Part shown: positions 40,663 through 51,731 of the stretch, in pieces
Numbering within the stretch: position 1 is the stretch's first letter
How the letters are laid out: each line of letters starts with the position of its first letter
Source of the DNA: Cenarchaeum sp.
Lineage (GTDB): Archaea > Thermoproteota > Nitrososphaeria > Nitrososphaerales > Nitrosopumilaceae
Direction of reading: 5' to 3'
DNA: 64,000 bases
Assembly: GCA_965242695.1 (NCBI GenBank)
Contig: CBDESU010000002.1
Location: 1,440,001-1,504,000, forward strand
Program-made: the position numbers and the translations under genes
Notes under the pieces: model-generated
Told to the model about the DNA's origin: nothing
Seen by the model: only the letters and a program-made list of their open reading frames with translations
The model's database searches: none

Positions 40663-40885
40663 CCGCGCCCGCCCCGAAAGTCTCTCGCAGTGCGGGCCGC
40701 GTACGATTGCCGAACCGGCTCGGAATGCCACTATGACCGGGTGGGGGGGGGGCGCGGCAAAAGCCCGGCATTCGTCCGCGCCGCGACCCCGCAGACGGCG
40801 GATGCCGCCGCCGGCGGCGCGCCGGATGCGCGCCGGAGCATGCACGCGCCGCCTTCGCCCGCACGCCGCGGCCGCCTCGTGGCGG

Positions 40886-41482
40886 CTACGCGGATCGTCC
40901 GTCAAGCCGGTAGGTGTCGACTATTTTCACCCCGAACACCCTGAGAATCTCGTCGGCAAACATGGTAAAGTCCATGTCGTGCGTCCAGAGTTCCACCACG
41001 TAAAACTGCGCATAGTAGGCCGCCGTCGACAGCACTTTGAGGTCGTTGGCATCGGACCCGAGCACGAGGCCTCTTGCGGCGGCCCCCTTTTTCCTCTTCC
41101 ACTCGGCAAGCTTCCGGCTTCCGGGATTTAGGCTTATCGAGGCGTACATTTCCCGTGCGGCAGCGACGTGCCCCAGCTTGTCCTTGCACTCAAACGCATC
41201 GCGGTACCTGTGGAGCATGCGATGCGCACTGGACCACACCACGCGGGCGCTTCTCCGGCCCAGCTTTTGCACCAGATCCTTCCGCAGGTTCCGCTGCGCC
41301 TCCCTGCCGGCCGTCTCGGGGATTAAAACTAGGCCCATCTGTCCTAGGCGCACCCTTAGCATGTCCGCCCTGCGGCCCGTCGGAGGCATGCCGGCATCGT
41401 GGAGCGCGCACTCCCTGATGTAGTCGATTACAGCGTTGGCATCTGCGACTACGAATACCGTCGCGCCGCCGTTCAAAGGCAC
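40886..41482 (-). CDS. PIN-like domain protein
   Basis: VFVVADANAVI, PETAGRE, NDLKVL, LWTHDMDF. Confidence 0.75.
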   Translation of the reverse strand: MPLNGGATVFVVADANAVIDYIRECALHDAGMPPTGRRADMLRVRLGQMGLVLIPETAGREAQRNLRKDLVQKLGRRSARVVWSSAHRMLHRYRDAFECKDKLGHVAAAREMYASISLNPGSRKLAEWKRKKGAAARGLVLGSDANDLKVLSTAAYYAQFYVVELWTHDMDFTMFADEILRVFGVKIVDTYRLDGRSA

Positions 41483-41488
41483 CGGGCA

Positions 41489-43132
<1,644 letters not shown>

Positions 43133-43565
43133 ACGTCAGGGCTGCCAGCATACAATATAAACGACACGACGGCGATACCCGCATGCATTCAGGTTCAAGG
43201 CGATCGCCGCTCATGGTGAGCGAGGGAGGAGGACGGAGGGGAGGCGGCCGTGCCAGGCATGCATGCCCACGGATGCCAGACTCGGGCATCATCTAGCATG
43301 GCAGGGTGCAGAACGGGCGGCGGCGAGAGGGGGAGGAGAGTGGAACGCACCCGGCCCGCAGGACCTGCCGCATCGGAGGCGGAGGCGGCGGCAACGGTGG
43401 GGGCGGCGATGTGGCGGCTGGGGGGGGGGGGTGGACGGCCGGCGGATCCTGCTGCGACCGCCGCGCACGCTCGCGCCGGCCGGCCGCGTCACTCGAGATA
43501 TCGACCTACTCCGGTTTTGCCGCTTTTAAGCGGGCGGCGCGAGGGCGGGTGTGGTGGGCGGAAGA

Positions 43566-43720
43566 TGGCGGCCCGATGCCGCCGAGTTCACCGTGGGCAT
43601 GAGCTACTTCGAGGGCGGGGGCTACCAGTGCACCGTCCCCCCATTGTCACTCGGCTGGGCCTCAAGGATCGCATCACGTTCAAGGTGTCGGGCAAGCGCG
43701 TCATAGTCCTGCCAGGCTAG
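43566..43720 (+). pseudogene. small AbrB/MazE-like protein, frameshifted
   Basis: EFTVGMSYFEGGGYQCTVP in one frame joins PIVTRLGLKDRITFKVSGKRVIV in another. Confidence 0.5.
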
Positions 43721-43889
43721 GACCCTGCGTCGGCGGCCGCCGGGCCGCCAAATGGGCCGTGCCGCCCGCCGCTACAGCCGCCCTCCGCCGCCGCGCGGGT
43801 TCGGGCGCCGCGCCTAGGCTACGGCGAGCCTGAATGCCCGCTCAGGGGAGCCCAATACATAAATAACTAGCATTTGCAGTGTCGGTCCC

Positions 43890-45074
43890 ATGGAGTCGAG
43901 GCTGATGCGAGCAAGGGTTCGGGCGCCGGTCTTTCGGTGGATCATGGACAGTGCGGGGTGGGAGACTGACGAATTTGCAGAGGCGACAAGGATCAACTCG
44001 AGCCTGATTAGGCAGTGGCGAAGGCGCGAGTCTGCCATAGACCTGCGCCACATAGACGTCATGTCAAAGAAGGTGCGTCGACCCCTGTCGGCGTTTTTGC
44101 TCCCTGCCCCTCCGCCCGAGTCGCCCATAGCCGGCTTCCGACTCCCGGGCTCGTCGAGCAGGCCTCCGTCCAAGGGGCTGTGCGCCGCCATTGAGCTTGC
44201 CCGCGAGATTCAGCACAACGTGACCTGCCTGCTCGACAGCGACCCGCATGCGGAGCATCCTGTAGCGACAGGGGCTAGGGCCGACATACATGACGACCCT
44301 GAGAAGGTTGCGGCCGTCGAATCCACCAGCCTGGGCCTGTCTGACGGCCGCATGCGCGCCGGGGCGAGGCGCCTGCCTGCGATGTGTGCGGGGCCGATCG
44401 AAGACGTATACGGAAGGCTGAAGGATGCAGTAGAGTCTAGTGGCATGTTTGTCGCTCAGGCGCCCTTTCCGATCGAAGATGCGAGGGGCTTTGCCGTGGC
44501 GGGGGGAGCCTCCCCCGTCATCCTGATCAACACCCGCGATGCGATAAAATCCCGAATGTTCACAATGTTCCATGAATACGCCCACGTGCTGCTGGACGGC
44601 GGCAGCCTCTGTCACCCCGATCCTGAAAGCCTTGCCACATCCCCGCATGGCAGCGGAGAGGCGGTCGAAAAATGGTGCGACGAGTTTGCCGCCTCAATCC
44701 TCATGCCCCGGTCAGAGTTCCTCGAGGCACTCCGGGATGCGCGCAGCTCTGGCACGTTCGACGGCGTGGCCTCCTCCTTGTCGCGCAGGTTCCGCATGAC
44801 GGAGCGGGCCGTTCTTGTCCGCGCTGTCCGCCTGCTTGACGGGAGCGACAGGCAGAGGTGCTTGAGTCACTACAGGGCGATCGTGCCTAGGCCGTCTGCC
44901 GCCGGCGGGGGGCGGAGCCTGCCCCGGGAACTAGCATGCCTCAACCGGCTGGGCAGAAAATATGTCAAAATGGTAGTTGGCATGGAAGAGGATGGCCTTA
45001 TCACGGAGCCCGACATGTGCATGTACCTAGATCTGGATGCAAGGCACTTCGATAAATTGAGGGAAATAGTGTGA
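43890..45074 (+). CDS. XRE-HTH + ImmA/IrrE-family zinc metallopeptidase
   Basis: N-terminal HTH; RGFA...PVILINTRD...FTMFHEYAH (HExxH); EKWCDEFAASILMP. Confidence 0.92.
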   Translation: MESRLMRARVRAPVFRWIMDSAGWETDEFAEATRINSSLIRQWRRRESAIDLRHIDVMSKKVRRPLSAFLLPAPPPESPIAGFRLPGSSSRPPSKGLCAAIELAREIQHNVTCLLDSDPHAEHPVATGARADIHDDPEKVAAVESTSLGLSDGRMRAGARRLPAMCAGPIEDVYGRLKDAVESSGMFVAQAPFPIEDARGFAVAGGASPVILINTRDAIKSRMFTMFHEYAHVLLDGGSLCHPDPESLATSPHGSGEAVEKWCDEFAASILMPRSEFLEALRDARSSGTFDGVASSLSRRFRMTERAVLVRAVRLLDGSDRQRCLSHYRAIVPRPSAAGGGRSLPRELACLNRLGRKYVKMVVGMEEDGLITEPDMCMYLDLDARHFDKLREIV

Positions 45075-45083
45075 GATGGTTGG

Positions 45084-45572
45084 ATGGTGCTTATCCGGTA
45101 CATCGTCGACACCAGCACGTGGATCGCGTGGATCAAGCACTATCCGCGCCCGATATTTCCGACACTGGTCGATCGCTATGAAAAACTGATCAAGGACGGA
45201 CGCATAGTGTCCCCCGCCCCAGTTTTTGACGAAATATGCCGTGGAAACGACGAGGTTGTGCAGTGGGCCCGTCGACATCGGGGCCTCTTTGTGCCTAGGG
45301 ACGATCGCATGGTTGGAAAGGCGGCCATGATATTGGCAGACCATCCCTACCTGGGCAGGGGCAGGGGCAGGCGGGAGAGTGCGGATCCGTACCTGATCGC
45401 GCTGGCCCTGCTTTCATGCGACCTCCTAGGCGGGTCGTTTCGGCCTGTGATAGTGTCGGAAGAAAACAAGACGAGCGGCATAAAAATACCCCTGGTTGCG
45501 AAACACTACAACATAGACACATACAACACGTTCGAAATGTTTTCCAAAGAGGACTGGATATTCTGCAGGTGA
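45084..45572 (+). CDS. DUF4411-family PIN-like protein
   Basis: YIVDTSTWI, VFDEI, ADPYLIALA, IVSEE, KIPLV; usual partner of ImmA/IrrE genes. Confidence 0.88.
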   Translation: MVLIRYIVDTSTWIAWIKHYPRPIFPTLVDRYEKLIKDGRIVSPAPVFDEICRGNDEVVQWARRHRGLFVPRDDRMVGKAAMILADHPYLGRGRGRRESADPYLIALALLSCDLLGGSFRPVIVSEENKTSGIKIPLVAKHYNIDTYNTFEMFSKEDWIFCR

Positions 45573-45909
45573 TCGGATGCACTGGCCGCACCGGGCGCGC
45601 CCTGCAAGGCCCCTTGGCGGTCCTGCCCTGCAACCCTCACGCCATGGCGCAGGCGAGCGGGCCGCCCCTGCAAGGCGGAGCGCGCCCGTTTTGAGGCGCG
45701 ATGGGCGCCGGCATGGGAGCCGAGTTGCCCGTCTGGGCGCCCGCATGCGGCGGACCGGACGCATGCACTGCGGGGCGGCCGGGGATGCGCCTGGGGCGCA
45801 TCGGAGCCTGCCAGCCTTCCGGCCCGGGCGGATGCCGGGGTAAACGGCGGCGCCCCGCATGCCGCGCGGCAAGTTGGTATTAATGGCTCGGCGCGGCGCC
45901 CGCGGCGGC

Positions 45910-46554
45910 ATGGGCGGCGGCGCGGTTCGCACGGTCGGGTGCGACGAGGCGGGGATGCGCGAGGCCCAAAGGCAGGTGGCCGCCGGCGGACTGGTCGCGT
46001 TTCCGACCGATACGGTCTACGGCATCGGCTGCGATCCGTTCAACGAGGATGCGGTGGGCCTCGTGTACGCCGCAAAGGGCCGGCCGGCATCAAAGCCGCT
46101 GCCGGTGCTCGGAGCATCGACCTCGGCCCTGTCGGGCCTGGCCTGCCTTGGGGGGCGCGCCGCAGGGCTCGCCGCCCGCTTCTGGCCGGGCCCGCTGACC
46201 ATAGTAGCGGAGGCTACGGGGCCGCCGGCGTCCGGCAATGGCCGACGCCTTGCCCCGCAGCTCGTCTCGGGCGGCGGCAGGGTCGCCGTCCGGGTGCCGG
46301 CCGGCCGGTGCGTCCAGAGCCTGCTTTCGGCATGCGGCCCCCTGGTGGGCACGAGCGCAAACCTGTCGGGCCGTACGCCGTGCCGCACGGCCGCCGAGTG
46401 CGCCGAGCGGCTGGGCGGCCGCGTGCCGCTTGTCGTCGACGGGGGGCCCTCGCCGGGAGGCGCCGCCTCGACCGTGGCCGAGGCCGACGACGACCGCGTG
46501 AGGATCATCCGGGAGGGGCCGGTGTCGGGGGGCGAGCTGGAACGGACCGCGTGA
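45910..46554 (+). CDS. sua5: L-threonylcarbamoyladenylate synthase (Sua5/TsaC, YrdC domain)
   Basis: AFPTDTVYGIGC, KGRPASKPL, FWPGPLT, VAVRVP, TSANLSG. Confidence 0.93.
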   Translation: MGGGAVRTVGCDEAGMREAQRQVAAGGLVAFPTDTVYGIGCDPFNEDAVGLVYAAKGRPASKPLPVLGASTSALSGLACLGGRAAGLAARFWPGPLTIVAEATGPPASGNGRRLAPQLVSGGGRVAVRVPAGRCVQSLLSACGPLVGTSANLSGRTPCRTAAECAERLGGRVPLVVDGGPSPGGAASTVAEADDDRVRIIREGPVSGGELERTA

Positions 46555-47138
46555 ACGTGGCCGCCACGTGCGCCCGCTCCCTGGAGGGCAGGGCCGCCTC
46601 GGAGGTGCTGCGCGTGCTGGCGGGGCTCGGCGACGGGGATGCCACGGCGCGCCGCATCGACGGCATGCCGGGGATCGTCCTTGCGGGCACCTCGCTCGAC
46701 CCGCTCCTGGTGCCGCGCGCGGTCCGCCGCGCGCTAGAGGACGAGCCGTGGACGGTGCGGCACCTGTACCGCGTCATCCCACTGCAGCGGTGGATTCCGG
46801 CCGATGCCGACGGCATAGTGGCGGCCGCATCCGGGATGGCCGCGGCCGGGATAGGCGCCGGCGAGTCGTACCGCATCACGGTAGAAAAGCGCAGCACGCC
46901 GCTGTCGGCGCGCGAGATCGTCTCGCGCACGGCCGACGCGATCGCATCGGCCGCGGCGGCGGCCGGACCGGAGGCCCATGCCCCCCGCGTCTCGCTAGAG
47001 TCCCCCGACCGGATCGTCCTCGTCGAGATATTCGGCCCGCATGCCGGCGTGTCGGTCATCTCGCCGGCCGACCTGCTCAGCGCCGAGCGCGAAAAGCGCG
47101 CCGCCTCAGATGCCGGCGACGGCGGCCCCCTCGGCTAG
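46551..47138 (+). CDS. THUMP domain RNA-binding protein
   Basis: RVIPLQRW, ESYRITVEKR, VSLESPDRIVLVEI; GTGA overlap with sua5. Confidence 0.88.
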   Translation: MNVAATCARSLEGRAASEVLRVLAGLGDGDATARRIDGMPGIVLAGTSLDPLLVPRAVRRALEDEPWTVRHLYRVIPLQRWIPADADGIVAAASGMAAAGIGAGESYRITVEKRSTPLSAREIVSRTADAIASAAAAAGPEAHAPRVSLESPDRIVLVEIFGPHAGVSVISPADLLSAEREKRAASDAGDGGPLG

Positions 47139-47987
47139 CAGGTCCTCGAGTGGCCTTCCTCCGGCTCCGGCCACGGCCGACCTGCGCGCCGCGCCGATCC
47201 CGAAGCGGCGCGCAAGGAACCGCGCGTTCGATGCGGGGAGCTGCGGGGAGGGCGCTGCCAGCGGCGCGAGGCGGGCCCGCAGGGGGCCGAGGCGTCCGGC
47301 CGGCGCGACGGCGAGGACGACATACGTGCCTTCGCTGGCCCCGCTCCTGCCGGCGGCCCTTATGGCCTCGGATATCTGCGACGTGCCGGCCAGCCTTGCC
47401 AGCATGTCCGTCTCGATCCTCCTTGCCAGCATTGTGCGGCGGCGCTCGGCCTCGGCCGAGACGGCCGCGACGCGCCGCAGGTGCGACGCACCGAGGACAA
47501 ACCTGCCGGACACGACCTGCATTGAAACGGACGGGAACTCGGCCCTCAGGTCATCGAGGGGCGGCAGGATGCCGCCGACCCTGCGGCCCGAACGGACGAC
47601 GTACGCCTCGAGAGTTCTGCCACGGCGCCCGCCGCGCGCGGCGGCGCCCTTGCCGGCCGACCCATCTCCCGCCGCCGGCCGCCTCCCCCGCAGCGCAATG
47701 CTCACGAGCGCCCTGGCCTGCGGCTCTCCTCCGCCCTCCTCCCCGCCGTGGACGACGGGGATTACAGCGACGTCGTCGCCGGCGCGGACCTCTGCTTTTG
47801 GCCCGCCGGCCGCCGACGAGTCCGCCCCGTTGACGGCGACCAGGACGTTTGACGGGCCGTATGCGCCGGACGTGCGCGACTCTAGAATGCCCAGGATGCC
47901 GCCGACGGTGGCGCGATCCGAGTCGATCTCGATCGTGCCGGCGCCGGCGGCCTTTCCGGCCCCGCCGAGCAGCCTGACCGTTATCAT
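47106..47987 (-). CDS. MoaD/ThiS ubiquitin-like domain fused to KEOPS Cgi121-like domain
   Basis: MITVRLLGG...LVAVNG...GDDVAVIPVVHGG followed by LARRIETDMLARLAGTSQISEAIRAAG. Confidence 0.85.
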   Translation of the reverse strand: MITVRLLGGAGKAAGAGTIEIDSDRATVGGILGILESRTSGAYGPSNVLVAVNGADSSAAGGPKAEVRAGDDVAVIPVVHGGEEGGGEPQARALVSIALRGRRPAAGDGSAGKGAAARGGRRGRTLEAYVVRSGRRVGGILPPLDDLRAEFPSVSMQVVSGRFVLGASHLRRVAAVSAEAERRRTMLARRIETDMLARLAGTSQISEAIRAAGRSGASEGTYVVLAVAPAGRLGPLRARLAPLAAPSPQLPASNARFLARRFGIGAARRSAVAGAGGRPLEDLLAEGAAVAGI

Positions 47988-48009
47988 CGTCCAGTTCCGG
48001 CCCTGCGCG

Positions 48010-48648
48010 TCACGCGCCGCCCTGCGGCCTGCCTGCGTCCTCGCCCTCGGCTGCGCCCGCGCCGGCCGCATCCGCATCGGCGCCGCCCTCGGCCTCGGCC
48101 TCGGCCTCGGCCTCGGCCTCTGCCTCGGGTCCGCCGCCTCCCTCCGCCGGCTTTGGCTCCCCCGCCGCCTCTGCCGCGATCGCCGCCTCGGCCTCGGCCT
48201 CTATCATCTCGTCGTCGATGCCGGCCTCGCCGCCGGTCACCTCCACGGCCCCGTCGGCCATCTCGGCCTCTTCGGTCTCGACGATGGCCTCGTCCTCGGA
48301 GACGGCGCCCTGCTTCTCAAGCTCGGCTATCATCTTGACCTTGCGGGCCGCCTCGGCCCTGCGGGCCGCATCGGGATCGTCCTTGACCGCCGCCTCTGCC
48401 TCTGCCTCGGCGGCCGCCGCCGCGGCCTCCTCTGCCGCCCTGCGGGCGTTCTCGGCGGCCCTCTCGGCCTCGGCCCTGCGGGTCTTTACGATCTTTGTAA
48501 TGCGGCCGGCGATCTTGTTGCGAAGCATCTTTGAGCGGATGGTAGAGACCTCCCTGAGGGCCGCCTTGTTGTCGTCAAAGTCCTCGCCGAACTTTTCCCC
48601 GTACTCGCCGAGCACCCTCTGCGAGAGGCTCCTTATCCTGTCGGTCAC
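48010..48648 (-). CDS. rps17e: 30S ribosomal protein S17e with long acidic C-terminal extension
   Basis: FGEDFDDNK...IRSKMLRNKIAGRITK. Confidence 0.93.
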   Translation of the reverse strand: MTDRIRSLSQRVLGEYGEKFGEDFDDNKAALREVSTIRSKMLRNKIAGRITKIVKTRRAEAERAAENARRAAEEAAAAAAEAEAEAAVKDDPDAARRAEAARKVKMIAELEKQGAVSEDEAIVETEEAEMADGAVEVTGGEAGIDDEMIEAEAEAAIAAEAAGEPKPAEGGGGPEAEAEAEAEAEAEGGADADAAGAGAAEGEDAGRPQGGA

Positions 48649-48709
48649 GCGCGCCGGGGCCGGCCGCCGGTATATTATACTAACCGGACGCGGCCGCGCG
48701 CGAGGCGCC

Positions 48710-49522
48710 CTAGGGCGCGCCGCCCTGCGCCGCCGCGGCGGGGCAGAACCTCTCGGCGTTCTCGGACGTGGAGGCGCACACGCTGCCGTACGTCGTGCCT
48801 AGGGCCGAGGCGGCGGCGAGCGCCACGCTCGGCACGAGGCACGGCTGAGCGGCCCGGCGCCCAAAGCAGCCGCCGAACGCGACGGGGCCGTCCGTCTCGA
48901 GCAGCATCCTGGCGGGGTCCGTCCGCGCAAGGAGCGATCGCTTGTCGTGCGCGTACACCGAGAGCGGGCCGTACCCGACGTACAGGCCCATGTCGAGCGC
49001 CCTGCGCAGCTGCCCCTTGCCGCCGTCGAACCAGTGCAGGCATGCGCCGGCAAGCGAGTGCGAGCCGAGCGCGTCAAGGACGGCATCGAGGCTCCTCCTA
49101 GAGTGTATGGAGACTGGCTTGCCGTGCCTCTCGGCGAGGGCGAGCATGCGCCCAAAGACCTCCTTCTGCTCGGACTCGCCGGATCCCGAGCCGTGGTAGG
49201 TCGGGTCCAGGCCGATCTCGCCGATCCCCGCGACGGCCGACGGGTCGCCGTCGACCATCCGCTCGACGCCCGTGCCGTCGTCTTGCCCCGCCCTCTCGGG
49301 GTGGACGCCGGCAAAGGCCAGGACCAGGCCGCCCGAGCCGGCCGCCAGCGCGGCCGACGCGCACGAGTCTGCGCCGTCCATCGAGACGCACATGGCCCGC
49401 ATGCGCATGCGGCGCATGCCGAGCAGGATCCGGCCGACATGCGGGGCGTACGCGGGGTCGGTCAGGTGCACGTGCGTGTCGTACAGCCGCGCGCCCCCTG
49501 AGGTCAGATCGGCTTGATCCAT
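48710..49522 (-). CDS. tatD: TatD-family hydrolase
   Basis: DTHVHL, GVHP, IGEIGLD, IHSR, LHWF, LETDGP. Confidence 0.93.
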   Translation of the reverse strand: MDQADLTSGGARLYDTHVHLTDPAYAPHVGRILLGMRRMRMRAMCVSMDGADSCASAALAAGSGGLVLAFAGVHPERAGQDDGTGVERMVDGDPSAVAGIGEIGLDPTYHGSGSGESEQKEVFGRMLALAERHGKPVSIHSRRSLDAVLDALGSHSLAGACLHWFDGGKGQLRRALDMGLYVGYGPLSVYAHDKRSLLARTDPARMLLETDGPVAFGGCFGRRAAQPCLVPSVALAAASALGTTYGSVCASTSENAERFCPAAAAQGGAP

Positions 49523-49574
49523 GCTCGAAAAATGTTGACAAGGCCCCCCTATTATCGATGCGGGCAGATGCGGC

Positions 49575-49850
49575 ATGGATTCGCCAGATCTGGCCCTCTC
49601 GGCCATGTACAGGATACTCAAGAGGTCGGGCGCGGCGCGCGTGAGCGACGAGTCGGCCGCCGCCCTGCGCACCGTCGTAGAGGAGTTTGCCGGCCGGGTC
49701 GCGGACATGGCCGTCAAGGCCAGCGTGCACGCCAACCGCAGGACCGTCAGGGCCGACGACGTGAGGTTTGCCTTCCAGACGCTGTCCGACGGGGCCTCGG
49801 GAGTGCCGCGCGGCTCGACGGCCCCAGCCGCGGCGGCGTCCAGGGCCTAG
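49575..49850 (+). CDS. archaeal histone
   Basis: RILKRSGAARVS...HANRRTVRADDV histone fold. Confidence 0.92.
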   Translation: MDSPDLALSAMYRILKRSGAARVSDESAAALRTVVEEFAGRVADMAVKASVHANRRTVRADDVRFAFQTLSDGASGVPRGSTAPAAAASRA

Positions 49851-49999
49851 GGCGACGCCGGGGCCGCTGCGGCGCCGCGCGGGCCTGCCGGGGGGCGCGG
49901 CGAGGCAGTGCCCTGCGCGGCGCCGTGCAGGGGCATGCAATGCCGCCCCGCCCTTCGCGGAATCCATTTATTGGGCGCGGGAGTGTGCCGCGGCCATGC

Positions 50000-50071
50000 G
50001 GTGAGGTGGCAGAGCGGTTATGCGTGGGTCTGCAAAACCCATTCAAGAGGGTTCGACTCCCTTCCTCACCT
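50000..50071 (+). tRNA. tRNA-Cys (GCA)
   Basis: Acceptor GGTGAGG/CCTCACC; anticodon arm TGGGT-CTGCAAA-ACCCA; GTTCGACTC T-loop; oligo-T follows; TTTATT box upstream. Confidence 0.96.
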
Positions 50072-51214
50072 TTTTCAATCACACGTTCGGAGCTGCCCGC
50101 CCCGCCGGGGCCCTGCGGCGCGTATCCCGCCCGCCCGCGGCGGCGGGCGCGGGCCGTTCCTGCGCGCCGCGGCGCGCATGGGCAGGCCGGCAAGGCGTAG
50201 GCGGACATGGCCTTGCCGCCCCGCCGGGGCCCCTGCGCCGCCTGCTCTATCGGCGGCGGGCCTCTGCCTCGCCGCGCGAGCACTCTCCGCTTGATGCGAA
50301 GCAGGCACCCGGGGCCGGATGCCGCCCCTGCAAGCTCCGACCGCCGCGGTGCGCAGCGGGACGCGCGGCCTGCAGGATGCCGGGACGCGCGGCCTGCAGG
50401 ATGCCGGGACGCCCCTCGCCCGCCTGCATGCGGCCCGCATCCGCATGATGGTTCTGTGCCAGAGTCATGTCTTGGCGGCTCGGCCGGGATACACCTCTGG
50501 GATGCCATGTCCCTTGCAGGGCAGGCTTATGGGACATGGGGCGCCGCGACTCCTTGGGCTTCTGGCCGGGGATGCGCCCGGGTGCGCAGACGTCCAAAGG
50601 CGTAAAAATGTGCAGTTGTACGCACTTGAAAATTCTCGCTCCGTGTGCACTGCATGTTTGTGGGCGAGTTGGGAGACCCGGTGATGCGCAAGGCCCCCAT
50701 GCCCCCGGCGACATTTGCATACAGTGCGGGCTGATTGTGGATGCGGGTGGAGGGGGGGGTGCACAGGGCGGGGGCCGCTGTGGGCGAGGCAGGGCGCGAG
50801 CTCTTCAAGGGCGCATCTCCCCCTGCGGCAGGATCGGGGTGGTGGCAGAGGGGGCAACAAGTGGGTCGGCCTGATTCAAAACGCGGAAAGGCGGCGCACA
50901 GAAGACCGCGCGAAAAAGCCGATGGCGGCCAAGACGGCGCAGCGAGGCGCCCGAAAAAGCGCAATGCGGAAAAGGCCCTGAAAACCCAGATCGCGCTAAG
51001 TATCCAGAGCCTTTTCGAGTCTGCCGTCCGGGACCTGGATGCGCCTGCCACCATGCCCGCTCACCCGCCCTCGCCTTCCTTGGACTTCCCGCATGACGGC
51101 CGTGCACGTCCCCGCGATGCGCGCTGCGCATGCCGGCTCGTGCGCAGCGACGCCGGCCCACCCACACACTAGCCCCGCAGGGTCGCCACCCACTCTTCCC
51201 GCCCGGAATACGCC

Positions 51215-51682
51215 CTACGAATTGACAATCTCCGACACGTCGAGGCCGCACTTGCCGGTCAGCACGCGGTATGTCCTGCCTCCGATCTTTATTCCAGATT
51301 GGGATATTCGCCTCTGCGCGGAGCGGTTCCCCCAGCTCTTCGCCAGGACTGCGAAGAAGAGCTGGACGTCCCTCGCGCCGGCCGCCTGCTCTGCAATCTT
51401 GGCCGCCTCGAGCCCCCCGTTGGCGAGCTTTTCGAGGATCGCCCCCGCGTTGAGGCTGCGCTGCTTGAGCTCGACTGCGACGGCCTTCATGTCGTCGCGA
51501 AAGACGAGGCAGTCGCGCATCTTGCGGCGGCCGGAGCCTGCCAGCCTCTCCCCCTTCAGGACGACCGTCGCGGGGCCGCCCCTCGTCGCCAGGCGGCAGT
51601 GCTCGTCGCAGCGCTCCACGACGGCCCCGCCGTGCTTTGCGGCGACGGCGCCGGAAAGGGTCATGGCCGGATGCTCCAGCAC
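51215..51682 (-). CDS. small PD-(D/E)xK-like protein
   Basis: RDCLVF......AVELK...EKL motif; lies just downstream of the ATPase. Confidence 0.6.
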   Translation of the reverse strand: MLEHPAMTLSGAVAAKHGGAVVERCDEHCRLATRGGPATVVLKGERLAGSGRRKMRDCLVFRDDMKAVAVELKQRSLNAGAILEKLANGGLEAAKIAEQAAGARDVQLFFAVLAKSWGNRSAQRRISQSGIKIGGRTYRVLTGKCGLDVSEIVNS

Positions 51683-51731
51683 CGGGCGGCCGCGCCCTGT
51701 GTCGGGGCCCGCCTCGCTGCGGCCGAAGCGG

